Positions 36,828 to 45,808 of a DNA stretch of 64,000 nt are shown here, one piece after another. Both the position numbers and the translations under genes were made by a program. Position 1 is the first letter of the stretch; each line of letters starts with the position of its first letter. Origin of the DNA: Acidobacteriota bacterium. GTDB lineage: Bacteria; Acidobacteriota; Polarisedimenticolia; Polarisedimenticolales; JAIQFR01. The stretch covers positions 24,797-88,796 of the forward strand of contig JBGQAU010000001.1 in the NCBI GenBank assembly GCA_041494445.1, read 5' to 3'. The notes under the pieces were generated by a model. That model was given only the letters and a program-made list of their open reading frames with translations, had not been told where the DNA came from and did not search any database.

Positions 36828-38360
36828 CTACCACGAGTTCTGGAGCGGCCCGATCTCTCTCTCGACGGCGTCCAGCACCTCGCAACGCTCGACCGCCGCC
36901 TTCATCGCGTTGTGGTCCGGGAACAGCGGCCGGTCCACGTCGAGGTGCGCCACCACCTTGCGGATCGCGGCGTGCGCGGCGCGCGTGCCGGCGCCGGGCG
37001 TGAACTCCCGGAAGTCGAGCCCCTGCGCGGCGGCGATCATCTCGATGGCAAGCACCCCCCGGGCGTTGTCCAGGATCTGCTTCGTCTTGAGCGCCCCGTT
37101 CATCCCCATGCTCACGAAGTCCTCCTGGTCCGCCGCGGCCGGGATGGACTGGATGAAGGACGGCATGCTCAGGATCCGCTGCTCGACGATCAGCATGTCC
37201 GCGGTGTACTGGCTCAGCATCAGGCCCGAGAACATGCCGGCTCCCTTGGTCAGGAAGGCGGGCAGCCCGACGGAGAGCGCTGGGTTCGTCAGCCGGTTGA
37301 GCCGGCGCTCGGAGAGGACCGACACCATGGTGATCCCGGCGCCGACCATGTCGAGGGGCATGCTCACCGGGGTTCCCTGGAAATTCGCCCCGGTCAGCAC
37401 CCGATTCTCCTCCTGGATGAAGATCGGGTTGTCGGCGACCGCGTTCAGCTCGATCTCGAACTGCTTCCTCGCGTACGCCATCAGGTCGCGGAGCGCGCCG
37501 ATCACCTGCGGGGTCGAGCGCATCGAGTACGCGTCCTGCACCTTGACCTTGAGCTTCCCGGTAATGAGGTCGGAGCCGGTCATCACCTTCCGGAGGTTCG
37601 AGGCGCAGGTGACCGCCCCCTTGAACCCGCGCAGCTCGTGGAGCTTGGCGTCGTACGGCTTCATGTTCGCCAGCAGCGCCTCGAGGGTCATGGAGGCGGT
37701 GATCTCCGCCTGCTGGATCCAGCGCTCCGTGTCGTAGAGCAGAAGGGAGCCGATGGCGGTGATCAGGTTGGAGCCGTTGATCGCCGCAAGCCCGTCCCGG
37801 GCCTGGAGACCGGGGATAGGGATCCCCGCCTTTTCCATCGCCGCGCGGGTCGGCATCCTTTCGCCCCGGTAGAAGCTCTCTCCCTCGCCCATCAGGGACA
37901 GGGCCATCTGGCTCATCGGCGCCAGGTCGCCGCAGGCCCCGACGCTCCCCTTCTCGCACACCACGGGGGTGACCCCGCGGTTCAGCATCTCGACGTACGT
38001 CCCTGTGATCTCCGGACGGCAGCCGGAATAGCCGTTCGCATGGACGTTGATCCGGCTGAGCATCGCGGCGCGGGCGTGCTCCACCGGGATCGGATCGCCG
38101 ATGCCCGCGGCGTGGTTGTAGATCAGGTAGCGCTGGAACTGCTGCACCTGCTCGTCGTTGAGCACCACCTCGGAGAACTCGCCGATCCCCGTGTTGACGC
38201 CGTACATGATCTCGCGGGCCTCGATCTTCTTCTGGAGCATCCCACGGCATTTCTTGATCTTCTCGAGGGACTCGGGCGCCAGCGCCACTTTCTCTCCGTG
38301 GCGCGCCACCTTCACCACATCCTCGATGCTCAGGCTCTTTCCGTCGATCATCACGGGCAT
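36828..38360 (-). CDS. Aromatic amino acid / histidine ammonia-lyase family (MIO enzyme) homolog with an Ala-Cys-Gly triad
   Basis: 510 aa. MYGVNTGIGEF, YNHAAGIG, GSVGACGDLAPM (canonical is GSVGASGDLAPL), QDAYSMR and NPIF. Confidence 0.85.
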   Translation of the reverse strand: MPVMIDGKSLSIEDVVKVARHGEKVALAPESLEKIKKCRGMLQKKIEAREIMYGVNTGIGEFSEVVLNDEQVQQFQRYLIYNHAAGIGDPIPVEHARAAMLSRINVHANGYSGCRPEITGTYVEMLNRGVTPVVCEKGSVGACGDLAPMSQMALSLMGEGESFYRGERMPTRAAMEKAGIPIPGLQARDGLAAINGSNLITAIGSLLLYDTERWIQQAEITASMTLEALLANMKPYDAKLHELRGFKGAVTCASNLRKVMTGSDLITGKLKVKVQDAYSMRSTPQVIGALRDLMAYARKQFEIELNAVADNPIFIQEENRVLTGANFQGTPVSMPLDMVGAGITMVSVLSERRLNRLTNPALSVGLPAFLTKGAGMFSGLMLSQYTADMLIVEQRILSMPSFIQSIPAAADQEDFVSMGMNGALKTKQILDNARGVLAIEMIAAAQGLDFREFTPGAGTRAAHAAIRKVVAHLDVDRPLFPDHNAMKAAVERCEVLDAVEREIGPLQNSW

Positions 38361-38540
38361 GGGTTGTCTCTCCCAGGAACGAACGCTCGCGCGATCGGTA
38401 TCGCGGCCGGAAAATTGGGGAACAGGGTACTACAAGCGGAACGACCTTTCCGCCCCGCGTGCAGCGTGGCACGCGCGCACGACGATCCGCTCCCTCCGGG
38501 CTCACGCGAGCATCCGGGGGACGGCCCCCGGACCCCCGTG

Positions 38541-38584
38541 GCCACCCGTTGCAACGGCGGCAAACCGCCGTCGCAACGGGCGGC
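38541..38584 (-). other. 20-bp stem-loop, fully paired only as minus-strand RNA
   Basis: gccacccgttgcaacggcgg / caaa / ccgccgtcgcaacgggcggc. The two imperfect positions are A-C mismatches on the plus strand but G-U wobbles on the minus strand, which is the transcribed strand. Confidence 0.6.
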
Positions 38585-38650
38585 TACTTCAAGAAGACCC
38601 GGATCCATCACCCGACTCCCGCCAATGCTCTCAAGAAGGACCCGCGCGAA

Positions 38651-38676
38651 GGATGCGTCGGTCCCCCGACGCATCC
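38651..38676 (-). terminator. Candidate terminator or processing hairpin downstream of the GT39 gene
   Basis: Perfect 11-bp stem ggatgcgtcgg / tccc / ccgacgcatcc, about 50 nt after the stop at 38726. There is no clear U-tract. Confidence 0.3.
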
Positions 38677-38725
38677 GTAGCGCGGGGGCGGGGGTCCGGG
38701 GGAGACCCCCGGATGCCGGCCCAGT

Positions 38726-40543
38726 TCAGGGGTGCGGGGAGTTCCGGAGCGCCTCCTCGACCTCCTTGAGCTCCCTGGCACTGCCCGCGCGCCGGGGATC
38801 GAGACGGAGGGCCTCGCGGAACGAGGCCTCGGCCGCGGGGAGGTCGCCGACCCTCCGGTACAGCAGGCCCAGGACGTGGCGGATGTCCGGCCGGCCGGGG
38901 GCGAAGTCGGTCGCGCGGCGGTAGAAGTCGATCGCCTCCCGGTCGCGCCCCTGCCGGGCAAGGACCTTGCCCAGCTCGACGTGGACCTCGACGTGGCCGG
39001 GATCCTGCCGCAGAGCCTCCCTCAGCTCATCCTCCGCCGCGCCGAGATCGCCCTCTTTCGCCAGCAGGACCCCGATGTTGAAGTGGGCGACCGACGAGCT
39101 TTCGGGCACCGCGGGCAGTCCTACCGCGGAGGCGACCCGGTACGCCCAGTGGTTGGCCGGTGCCCGGACCGGGAGATTGACGAGCGCGAGCGCCGCGGCG
39201 GCGAGGAGCGCGGCGCGCCCCGCGGCGGGCCGCAGGGACCGGTCACGGAGCCCCAGCCGGATCCTCCCCCAAAGCTCCACGGCTCCGAACCCCGCAAACG
39301 GGAGGAGGGCCGGGATCATCGCCATGCGGTACCGGGCGATCACGAAGAACAGGATCACCGAGAGGAAGTAGGCCGCGACGTAGACGAGGAGGCCCCGCGG
39401 CCAGCCGGGCCGCCGCCACGCGAGGATCGCGCCCAGGAGGCCCAGCGGCACCACGAGGCCGAACCCCGGAAGCGGCCACCGCAGGACGGGCGCGGTCTCG
39501 CGATAGGCGTAGTAGTCGAGATTGTCAGGAACCTCGTAGGCACTCCAGTAGACGCGGATCTTCCTCGACGTCAGCACGAGCCAGTCCACGGGATGGGACG
39601 AGATCCAGGACAGGCCCTCCCGAAACCAGTAGCCCGAGGTCTCGGCGGGATCGAGCCGGCGGCCGGTACGCCTCTCGGCCTCGGCGGCGAAGTCGCGCTC
39701 CTCATGCTTCGGATTCGTCCTCAGGAACGGCGGCGCCTCGTAACGGCCGGAGTGCGCGAGCGGGTTGTTCCCGATGTAGAAGTTCTGCCCCCCCTGCGCC
39801 GTCGTCAGGACCCACCGGCCCCCCACCCACCAGTTCCGCACCGCCGTCGTCCCCAGCACGACGACGGTGCCGAGGACGAGGACGAGCGCCGCCTTGAGCG
39901 CGCGCCCGCGCGTCGTGCCCTCCCCGAGTGCTTTACCGTCGAGGAAGACCCAGACCGCCAGCGCGGCGACGACGAGCAGGAGGTTCCCGCGCGACAGAAC
40001 GGAAAGCCCGAGCACGAGCCCGGTCGCGGCCCACGTCCGCAGGCGGCACGAGGCCACCGCGCGAGAAAGGGCCAGGAGGGCTGTGGTCGCGAGGAACACG
40101 TCCATCCAGGTCTTGAGGAGGATCGCCTCATAGTAGATCGACGGGAGATACGTCGCGGCGAGGAGGCCCGACACGATCGCCGCTCGCCGTCCGAACCACG
40201 GCGACGACGCCGCGAAGACCATGGGGGCGACGAGCGATCCCAGGAGAAGCTGCACGGCGACGGCGGGAACGTGGTGGACGCCGAACAGCGAGTAGAGCGC
40301 CCCAAGGAAATACGGGTAGAGGGGATCCTGGTAGAAGATCCCACCGCCCAGCCAGTCGCCCGCGGCGATCCTCTTCGCCCATTCGTCGAAGAAGAGCGGG
40401 TCGAGACCGAGGTGCGTGAAGTACTTCGAGTCGACGACCGTCGCGAGGTGGATCGCCCGCAGGGCGGCGGAGAGCAGGAACAGCGCGAGCGGCCACCCGA
40501 AGCGCGCCAGCGCCGCCGGGTTCCGCTGCCGAGCGTCCTCCAT
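38726..40543 (-). CDS. GT39/ArnT-PMT-like membrane glycosyltransferase with C-terminal TPR repeats
   Basis: A polytopic N-domain of about 450 aa is followed by TPR-like repeats (NIGVLLAKEGDLGAAEDELREALRQDP...). Confidence 0.75.
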   Translation of the reverse strand: MEDARQRNPAALARFGWPLALFLLSAALRAIHLATVVDSKYFTHLGLDPLFFDEWAKRIAAGDWLGGGIFYQDPLYPYFLGALYSLFGVHHVPAVAVQLLLGSLVAPMVFAASSPWFGRRAAIVSGLLAATYLPSIYYEAILLKTWMDVFLATTALLALSRAVASCRLRTWAATGLVLGLSVLSRGNLLLVVAALAVWVFLDGKALGEGTTRGRALKAALVLVLGTVVVLGTTAVRNWWVGGRWVLTTAQGGQNFYIGNNPLAHSGRYEAPPFLRTNPKHEERDFAAEAERRTGRRLDPAETSGYWFREGLSWISSHPVDWLVLTSRKIRVYWSAYEVPDNLDYYAYRETAPVLRWPLPGFGLVVPLGLLGAILAWRRPGWPRGLLVYVAAYFLSVILFFVIARYRMAMIPALLPFAGFGAVELWGRIRLGLRDRSLRPAAGRAALLAAAALALVNLPVRAPANHWAYRVASAVGLPAVPESSSVAHFNIGVLLAKEGDLGAAEDELREALRQDPGHVEVHVELGKVLARQGRDREAIDFYRRATDFAPGRPDIRHVLGLLYRRVGDLPAAEASFREALRLDPRRAGSARELKEVEEALRNSPHP

Positions 40544-40567
40544 TTTGGCGACGCGCCGTGGAGAAGC

Positions 40568-41716
40568 CTACCCCTTCGCCTTCCCGACGAAGTCCCGGCG
40601 AAGGGTGTCGAGCATCCGGTCCCGCTGGTCGTAGAGGCGGCGGAGGGGGCGGGGCTCGTGGCGCGTCAGGGCGTAGGCGGCGAGAAGCGGCAGGACGATC
40701 GTGCCGTCGCCGTAAACCACCACCGTGTCCGGTAGCTTGTCCGGGTCCACCTTCCCCCACGAGACCGCCTCGCTCGGGGTCGCTCCCGAGAGCCCGCCGG
40801 TGTCGGGGCGCGCGTCGGTGACCTGGATGAAGTAGTCGTGCCCCTCCTCGGGAAGTCCGAGAACCTCCTGGATGTGGGGCTCGGTCTGCAAGACGAAGTT
40901 CTTCGGCGAGCCGCCTCCCAGGATCAGCACGCTCGAGGTCCCGTCGCTCTTCTTCGCCTCGTAGACGATCGCCGCGGTCTCGTTCACGTCGCGCGAGACG
41001 TCGATCCGCGGGCCGCGGCTCCTCAGCCACAGCTCGGCGACGTTCATCCCGATGGACGAGTCGCCGGGCGAGGAGGTGTAGCAGGGCACGCCGCACCGGT
41101 ACGCGGCGGAAAGCAGGCAGGTGTCCTGCACCCCCAGCTCGTCCTCGCGCGCCGCGAGGTACTTCCCGAGAAGGTGGTGCAGCTCGGCGGACGACATGTC
41201 TCGCTGGAACTCCGCGCCGAGCATGACCTCCCGCAGGTACGCGTCCGTCTTCAGGAGCACGTTGTAGTCGAACAGGACGTCGTAGATCCTGACGACCCCC
41301 TCCTGACGCAGGACGCGGTCGTCCACCTGATGGTCGCCGCGATGGAGCGCGAGGCCGAGCCCGAAGTGGGCGTCGTGGTAGAGGTTCGCCCCGGTGGACA
41401 CGATCCAGTCCACGAACCCAGCGCGGATCATCGGAACCAGCGCGGAGCGGCCGAGACCGGCGGGCGTCAAGGCTCCCGAGAGGCTCATCCCCACCCGGCT
41501 CCCGGGCTCGAGCATCCGCTCGACGAAGAGTCGCGCGGCCTTCTCCAGGCGCCCGGCGTTGAAGGCCAGGAACGCATGGTCCACGAGATCCGCGGCGCCG
41601 ACCCCCTTCCCGATCGGCTCGGGGTCGATCTTCTCGCCGGAAAGCCACCCGCTCTTGGAGTCGGACACGCTTCCCTCCCGACGACCCGGGCCGGTCGCGT
41701 CGTAGAAGGGCCGCAT
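40568..41716 (-). CDS. Deoxyhypusine synthase-like protein
   Basis: [23 protein letters not shown] and [11 protein letters not shown]. The start is ATG 41716, with GTG 41668 as an alternative. Confidence 0.75.
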   Translation of the reverse strand: MRPFYDATGPGRREGSVSDSKSGWLSGEKIDPEPIGKGVGAADLVDHAFLAFNAGRLEKAARLFVERMLEPGSRVGMSLSGALTPAGLGRSALVPMIRAGFVDWIVSTGANLYHDAHFGLGLALHRGDHQVDDRVLRQEGVVRIYDVLFDYNVLLKTDAYLREVMLGAEFQRDMSSAELHHLLGKYLAAREDELGVQDTCLLSAAYRCGVPCYTSSPGDSSIGMNVAELWLRSRGPRIDVSRDVNETAAIVYEAKKSDGTSSVLILGGGSPKNFVLQTEPHIQEVLGLPEEGHDYFIQVTDARPDTGGLSGATPSEAVSWGKVDPDKLPDTVVVYGDGTIVLPLLAAYALTRHEPRPLRRLYDQRDRMLDTLRRDFVGKAKG

Positions 41717-41735
41717 CGTAACACGGGATGCTAAG

Positions 41736-43877
41736 ATGGCTTCCATGCTCCGCGGGAATCGGCTCACGAGACCGACGCTCGCCGCGCTGGTGCTGGCCGG
41801 AGCGGCTCTCTTCGCCTGCGGCCCGAGCGAGGCCCCGAAAATTCCCGTCTCGTCGGAGACCCAGGCCCCGCCGCGGTCGGGAAGCCGCCCTCCCGACGTC
41901 GTGCTGATCACGATCGACACCCTGCGCTACGACGCCACCGGTTTCTCGGGCGCGGGACGGGTGGAGACCCCCGCGTTCGACCGGCTAGCGTCCGAGGGGC
42001 GGGCGTTCCCGTCGGCGCACGCGCACGCGGTGATCACGCTCCCGTCGCACGCGTCCATCCTGACCGGCCTCTATCCGTACGAGCACGGGATCCGGGACAA
42101 CGCGGGGTTCGTGCTGCGCGAGGACATCCCGACCCTCGCGACGATCCTGAAGGGAGCGGGGTACGCCACCGGCGCGTTCGTCTCCTCGTTCACGCTCGAC
42201 GGGCGGTTCGGACTGAAGCGCGGGTTCGACGTGTACGACGACCGGTGCGAAGGTTTCTCGGGAGACCCCTCGAGGCTGGCCGAGCGTCCGGGCGACCAGA
42301 CGGTCGGGCTGGCGATGGCCTGGTGGGAGGCGCACCGTGACGGCCCGCGGTTCCTCTGGGTCCATGTGTTCACGCCGCACTTCCCGTACGACCCGAGGGA
42401 GCCTTTCAAGAGCCGGTACCCCGACGCGCCGTACTACGGCGACGCCGCTCTCGCCGACGACCAGATCCGGCCTCTGGTGGACGCGCTGGAGCACGTGCGC
42501 GACCCGAGCCCGCTCGTCGTGTTCACCGCGGACCACGGCGAGTCGCTCGGCGAGCACGGCGAGAAAAGCCACGGCGTCTTCTGCTACGAGGCGACGCTCC
42601 GGATCCCGCTGGTGCTCTGGTCGCCCGGCCGGATCGCCCCGGGCTCCGACCCGAGGCCCGCGCGGCACGTGGACGTCCTGCCGACCGTGCTCGAGATGCT
42701 TCGTCTCCCGGCCCCGGCCGGACTTCCCGGACGCTCGCTCCTCGCTTCCGCGGCCGGCGACGCTCCCAGCTACTTCGAGGCCCTCACCGCGTGGATCAAC
42801 CGGGGATGGGCTCCGCTGTACGGAAGGATCGAAGGGGGCCGGAAGGCGATCGATCTTCCCGTGCCCGAGCTGTACGACCTCAAGGCCGACCCCGGCGAGA
42901 AGAGGAACCTCGCCCGCACCAGCCCGGCCGTTCAGCGCGAGATCGCCTCCCGCATTCCGGCGGAGGCCCGCGAGGCGCCGGGTCGCGAGACCCCGAACCA
43001 AGAGGTCGTCGAGAAACTGCGGTCCCTGGGATATCTCGCGTCGGGTCCCGCCCCGGCGCCCGCCCGCTTCGACCTCTCCTCCGACCCTAAGAACCTGATC
43101 TTCCTCGACGACGAGGTGAACGACGCGGTGCTGCGCTACCGGAGGGACCGCGACGCCCCGGGAGCGATCCGCGCTCTCGAGTCGATCCTCGCGCGGGCCG
43201 CCGGCATGGCGAACGTGTACACGCAGCTCGCCCTGATCGAAGCCGAGCAGGGGCAAGTCGAGCGGGCACTGTCGGTGCTGAAGAAGGCGGTCTCGACGGG
43301 GGTAGGCGGCGAGAAGATGAAGATCCAGCTCGCCCGGGGCTTGAGCCAGGCGGGAAGGGCGGACGAGGCGTGGGCGGCCCTGTCCGACTGCCTCGACTCG
43401 AAGAACCCGGTGACCCAGGAGGCGCTCGGCACCATCGCGGCCTCGCAGGGACGGTACGACGAGGCCCGGGCGAGGTTCGACAAGGCGCTCACACTGGATC
43501 CCACCTACCCCGCCGCGCGCGTGGACCTCGCGGTGCTCCTGATGAACCAGGGGCGAAGGGACGAGGCGAAGCGGATGCTCGAGCGCGCGCTGTCGGAAAA
43601 CGCGTACCTCCCGGACGGCTGGAACGCGATGGGGGTGATAAGGGCCCAGGAGGGCGACCTGCGCGGCGCGGTGGACGCGTGGGAGCGGGCGGTGCGGATC
43701 AACCCGAAGCTGACCATCGCCCTCATGAACCTTGCGGTCGCGTCGGAGAAGCTCGGGGATCGCGGGAAGGCGGTGGCCGCGCTGAGGCGGCTCGTCCCGA
43801 CGCTGCAAGGAGAGGCACGGCGAAAGGCGGAGGCGAAGCTCCGCTCCCTGGAGCCGAGCGCCCCGGCGGGGCCTTGA
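41736..43877 (+). CDS. Sulfatase-like (alkaline phosphatase superfamily) lipoprotein with C-terminal TPR repeats
   Basis: Lipobox [18 protein letters not shown] and [13 protein letters not shown]. The C-terminal 250 aa or so are TPR-like. Confidence 0.8.
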   Translation: MASMLRGNRLTRPTLAALVLAGAALFACGPSEAPKIPVSSETQAPPRSGSRPPDVVLITIDTLRYDATGFSGAGRVETPAFDRLASEGRAFPSAHAHAVITLPSHASILTGLYPYEHGIRDNAGFVLREDIPTLATILKGAGYATGAFVSSFTLDGRFGLKRGFDVYDDRCEGFSGDPSRLAERPGDQTVGLAMAWWEAHRDGPRFLWVHVFTPHFPYDPREPFKSRYPDAPYYGDAALADDQIRPLVDALEHVRDPSPLVVFTADHGESLGEHGEKSHGVFCYEATLRIPLVLWSPGRIAPGSDPRPARHVDVLPTVLEMLRLPAPAGLPGRSLLASAAGDAPSYFEALTAWINRGWAPLYGRIEGGRKAIDLPVPELYDLKADPGEKRNLARTSPAVQREIASRIPAEAREAPGRETPNQEVVEKLRSLGYLASGPAPAPARFDLSSDPKNLIFLDDEVNDAVLRYRRDRDAPGAIRALESILARAAGMANVYTQLALIEAEQGQVERALSVLKKAVSTGVGGEKMKIQLARGLSQAGRADEAWAALSDCLDSKNPVTQEALGTIAASQGRYDEARARFDKALTLDPTYPAARVDLAVLLMNQGRRDEAKRMLERALSENAYLPDGWNAMGVIRAQEGDLRGAVDAWERAVRINPKLTIALMNLAVASEKLGDRGKAVAALRRLVPTLQGEARRKAEAKLRSLEPSAPAGP

Positions 43878-43970
43878 AGACCCGGGAGAGCGGCTCCGGC
43901 CCCGGAGCGGCTATACTTCGGAATCCGCCATTCCTCTAGGAGCGGCGTCCCGCTCCACGGAGAGCCCGCC

Positions 43971-45800
43971 ATGATCTGTTTCAGCCTGCGCCGTCGCCTC
44001 GCGCTCCCGATTCTCCTGGTCGCTCTCGCTCTTCCCGCCGTCGCGGCTCCGGACGGGCCCTCAGCGGCTCCTCCCACCCCGGACGACGCCCGGAAGTTCA
44101 TCGAGGCGGCCGAAACCGAGCTGCTCGGCCTGTGGACCGCCGCAGAGCGGGCTTCGTGGGTGGAGTCCAACTTCATCACCGACGACACGGAGAGGATCGC
44201 CGCGGATGCGCACCAGGCGGTGATCGCCGCGACCATGCGGCTCGCATCGGAAGCGAACCTCTACGGCGGCCTCGATCTCCCGGCCGACGTCGCCAGGAAG
44301 ATCAAGCTCATCAAGATCTCCCTCGCGCTCGTCGCACCGAGCGATCCGGCCAAGCAGGCGGAGCTGTCGCAGATCGCGGCCTCGATGGAAGGCGCGTACG
44401 GGAAGGGGCGATACTGCCCGCCCGGCAAGGCGTGCATGGACCTGACCGAAATCGAGCCCCGCATGGCCGTAAGCCGGGACCCCAAGGAGCTCCTCGACCT
44501 CTGGACCGGCTGGCACGCCATCGCCCCTCCGCTCCGTCCGAAGTACGAGCGGTTCGTGACCCTCGCGAACGAGGGGGCGAGGGAGCTGGGGTTCCCCGAC
44601 CTCGGCGCCCTCTGGCGCTCCGGCTACGACATGCCTCCCGACAAGTTCGCGAAAGAGGTGGACCGTCTCTGGGACCAGGTCAGGCCGCTCTACGAGTCCC
44701 TCCACTGCTACGTGCGGTCGAAGCTCCAGGAGAAATACGGGAAGGGCCTCGTCCCCGACGGGGAGCCGATCCCGGCCCACCTCCTGGGGAACATGTGGGC
44801 CCAGGAATGGGGCAACGTCTACGACCTCGTGAAGCCCCCGCCGAAGGACGACTCGGGAGTCGACGTGACCGCGCTGCTGCGCGCGAAGCAGATGGACGAG
44901 CGGGAGATGGTCCGCTACGGCGAGCGGTTCTTCGCGTCGCTCGGATTCGCCCCGCTCCCCAAGACGTTCTGGGATCGGTCGCTGTTCACGAAGCCCAGGG
45001 ACCGGGACGTGGTCTGCCACGCCAGCGCCTGGGACATCGATTGGATGAACGACCTGCGGCTCAAGATGTGCATCCGGGCCACCGGCGAGGACTTCACCAC
45101 GATCCACCACGAGCTGGGACACAACTTCTACCAGCGCGCCTACAACCGGCAACCGCCCCTGTTCGCCAGCGGCGCCCACGACGGGTTCCACGAGGCGATC
45201 GGCGACGCCATCGCCCTCTCGATCACTCCCGATTACCTCGTGAAGGTCGGCCTGCTCGACAAGGCGCCGGCCGCCGGCGGCGACATCGGCCTCCTGCTCC
45301 GAATGGCCATGGACAAAGTCGCCTTCCTCCCGTTCGGCCTCCTGGTGGACCAATGGCGGTGGAAGGTATTCTCGGGAGAGATCGGCCCCGCGGATTACAA
45401 CAAATCTTGGTGGGACCTGAGGCGCAGATACCAGGGGGTCGTGCCTCCCGGCGAGCGCACCGAGGCCGACTTCGACCCGGGCGCCAAATACCATGTCCCG
45501 GCGAACACGCCGTACACGCGGTACTTCCTCGCGGCCATCATGCAGTTCCAGTTCGACCGGGCCATGTGCGCCGAGGCCGGCTACGTCGGCCCGCTCCACC
45601 GCTGCTCGATCTACGGGAACAGGAAGGTCGGCGACAAGCTCAACCGGATGCTCGAGATGGGCCAGTCGAAACCCTGGCCCGAGGCGCTGTCCGCCCTGAC
45701 CGGCGAGACGAGGATGGACGCCACGGCCATCCTCGACTACTTCGCGCCGCTCAAGAAGTGGCTCGACGAGCAGAACGCGGGGAAGGTCTGCGGCTGGTAG
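43971..45800 (+). CDS. M2 family peptidyl-dipeptidase (angiotensin-converting-enzyme homolog), secreted
   Basis: Signal peptide, HHELGH zinc motif, downstream HEAIGD, and ACE-like length (609 aa). Confidence 0.85.
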   Translation: MICFSLRRRLALPILLVALALPAVAAPDGPSAAPPTPDDARKFIEAAETELLGLWTAAERASWVESNFITDDTERIAADAHQAVIAATMRLASEANLYGGLDLPADVARKIKLIKISLALVAPSDPAKQAELSQIAASMEGAYGKGRYCPPGKACMDLTEIEPRMAVSRDPKELLDLWTGWHAIAPPLRPKYERFVTLANEGARELGFPDLGALWRSGYDMPPDKFAKEVDRLWDQVRPLYESLHCYVRSKLQEKYGKGLVPDGEPIPAHLLGNMWAQEWGNVYDLVKPPPKDDSGVDVTALLRAKQMDEREMVRYGERFFASLGFAPLPKTFWDRSLFTKPRDRDVVCHASAWDIDWMNDLRLKMCIRATGEDFTTIHHELGHNFYQRAYNRQPPLFASGAHDGFHEAIGDAIALSITPDYLVKVGLLDKAPAAGGDIGLLLRMAMDKVAFLPFGLLVDQWRWKVFSGEIGPADYNKSWWDLRRRYQGVVPPGERTEADFDPGAKYHVPANTPYTRYFLAAIMQFQFDRAMCAEAGYVGPLHRCSIYGNRKVGDKLNRMLEMGQSKPWPEALSALTGETRMDATAILDYFAPLKKWLDEQNAGKVCGW

Positions 45801-45808
45801 CGGTCGGT

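Larger units (their letters stand above)
38510..38716. repeat. Pair of inverted 27/28-nt GC-rich hairpin modules bracketing two further hairpins (REP/BIME-like or structured RNA)
   Basis: 38510-38537 (gcatccgggggacggcccccggaccccc) matches the reverse complement of 38690-38716 (gcatccgggggtctcccccggaccccc). Each copy is itself an 8-bp hairpin. Confidence 0.7.

Noticed and set aside
38351-38674. 107-aa minus-strand ORF inside the structured intergenic region upstream of the lyase gene
   Set aside because: The composition is Gly/Arg/Pro-biased, it overlaps the lyase start, and it coincides with the palindromic elements. It is more likely non-coding.
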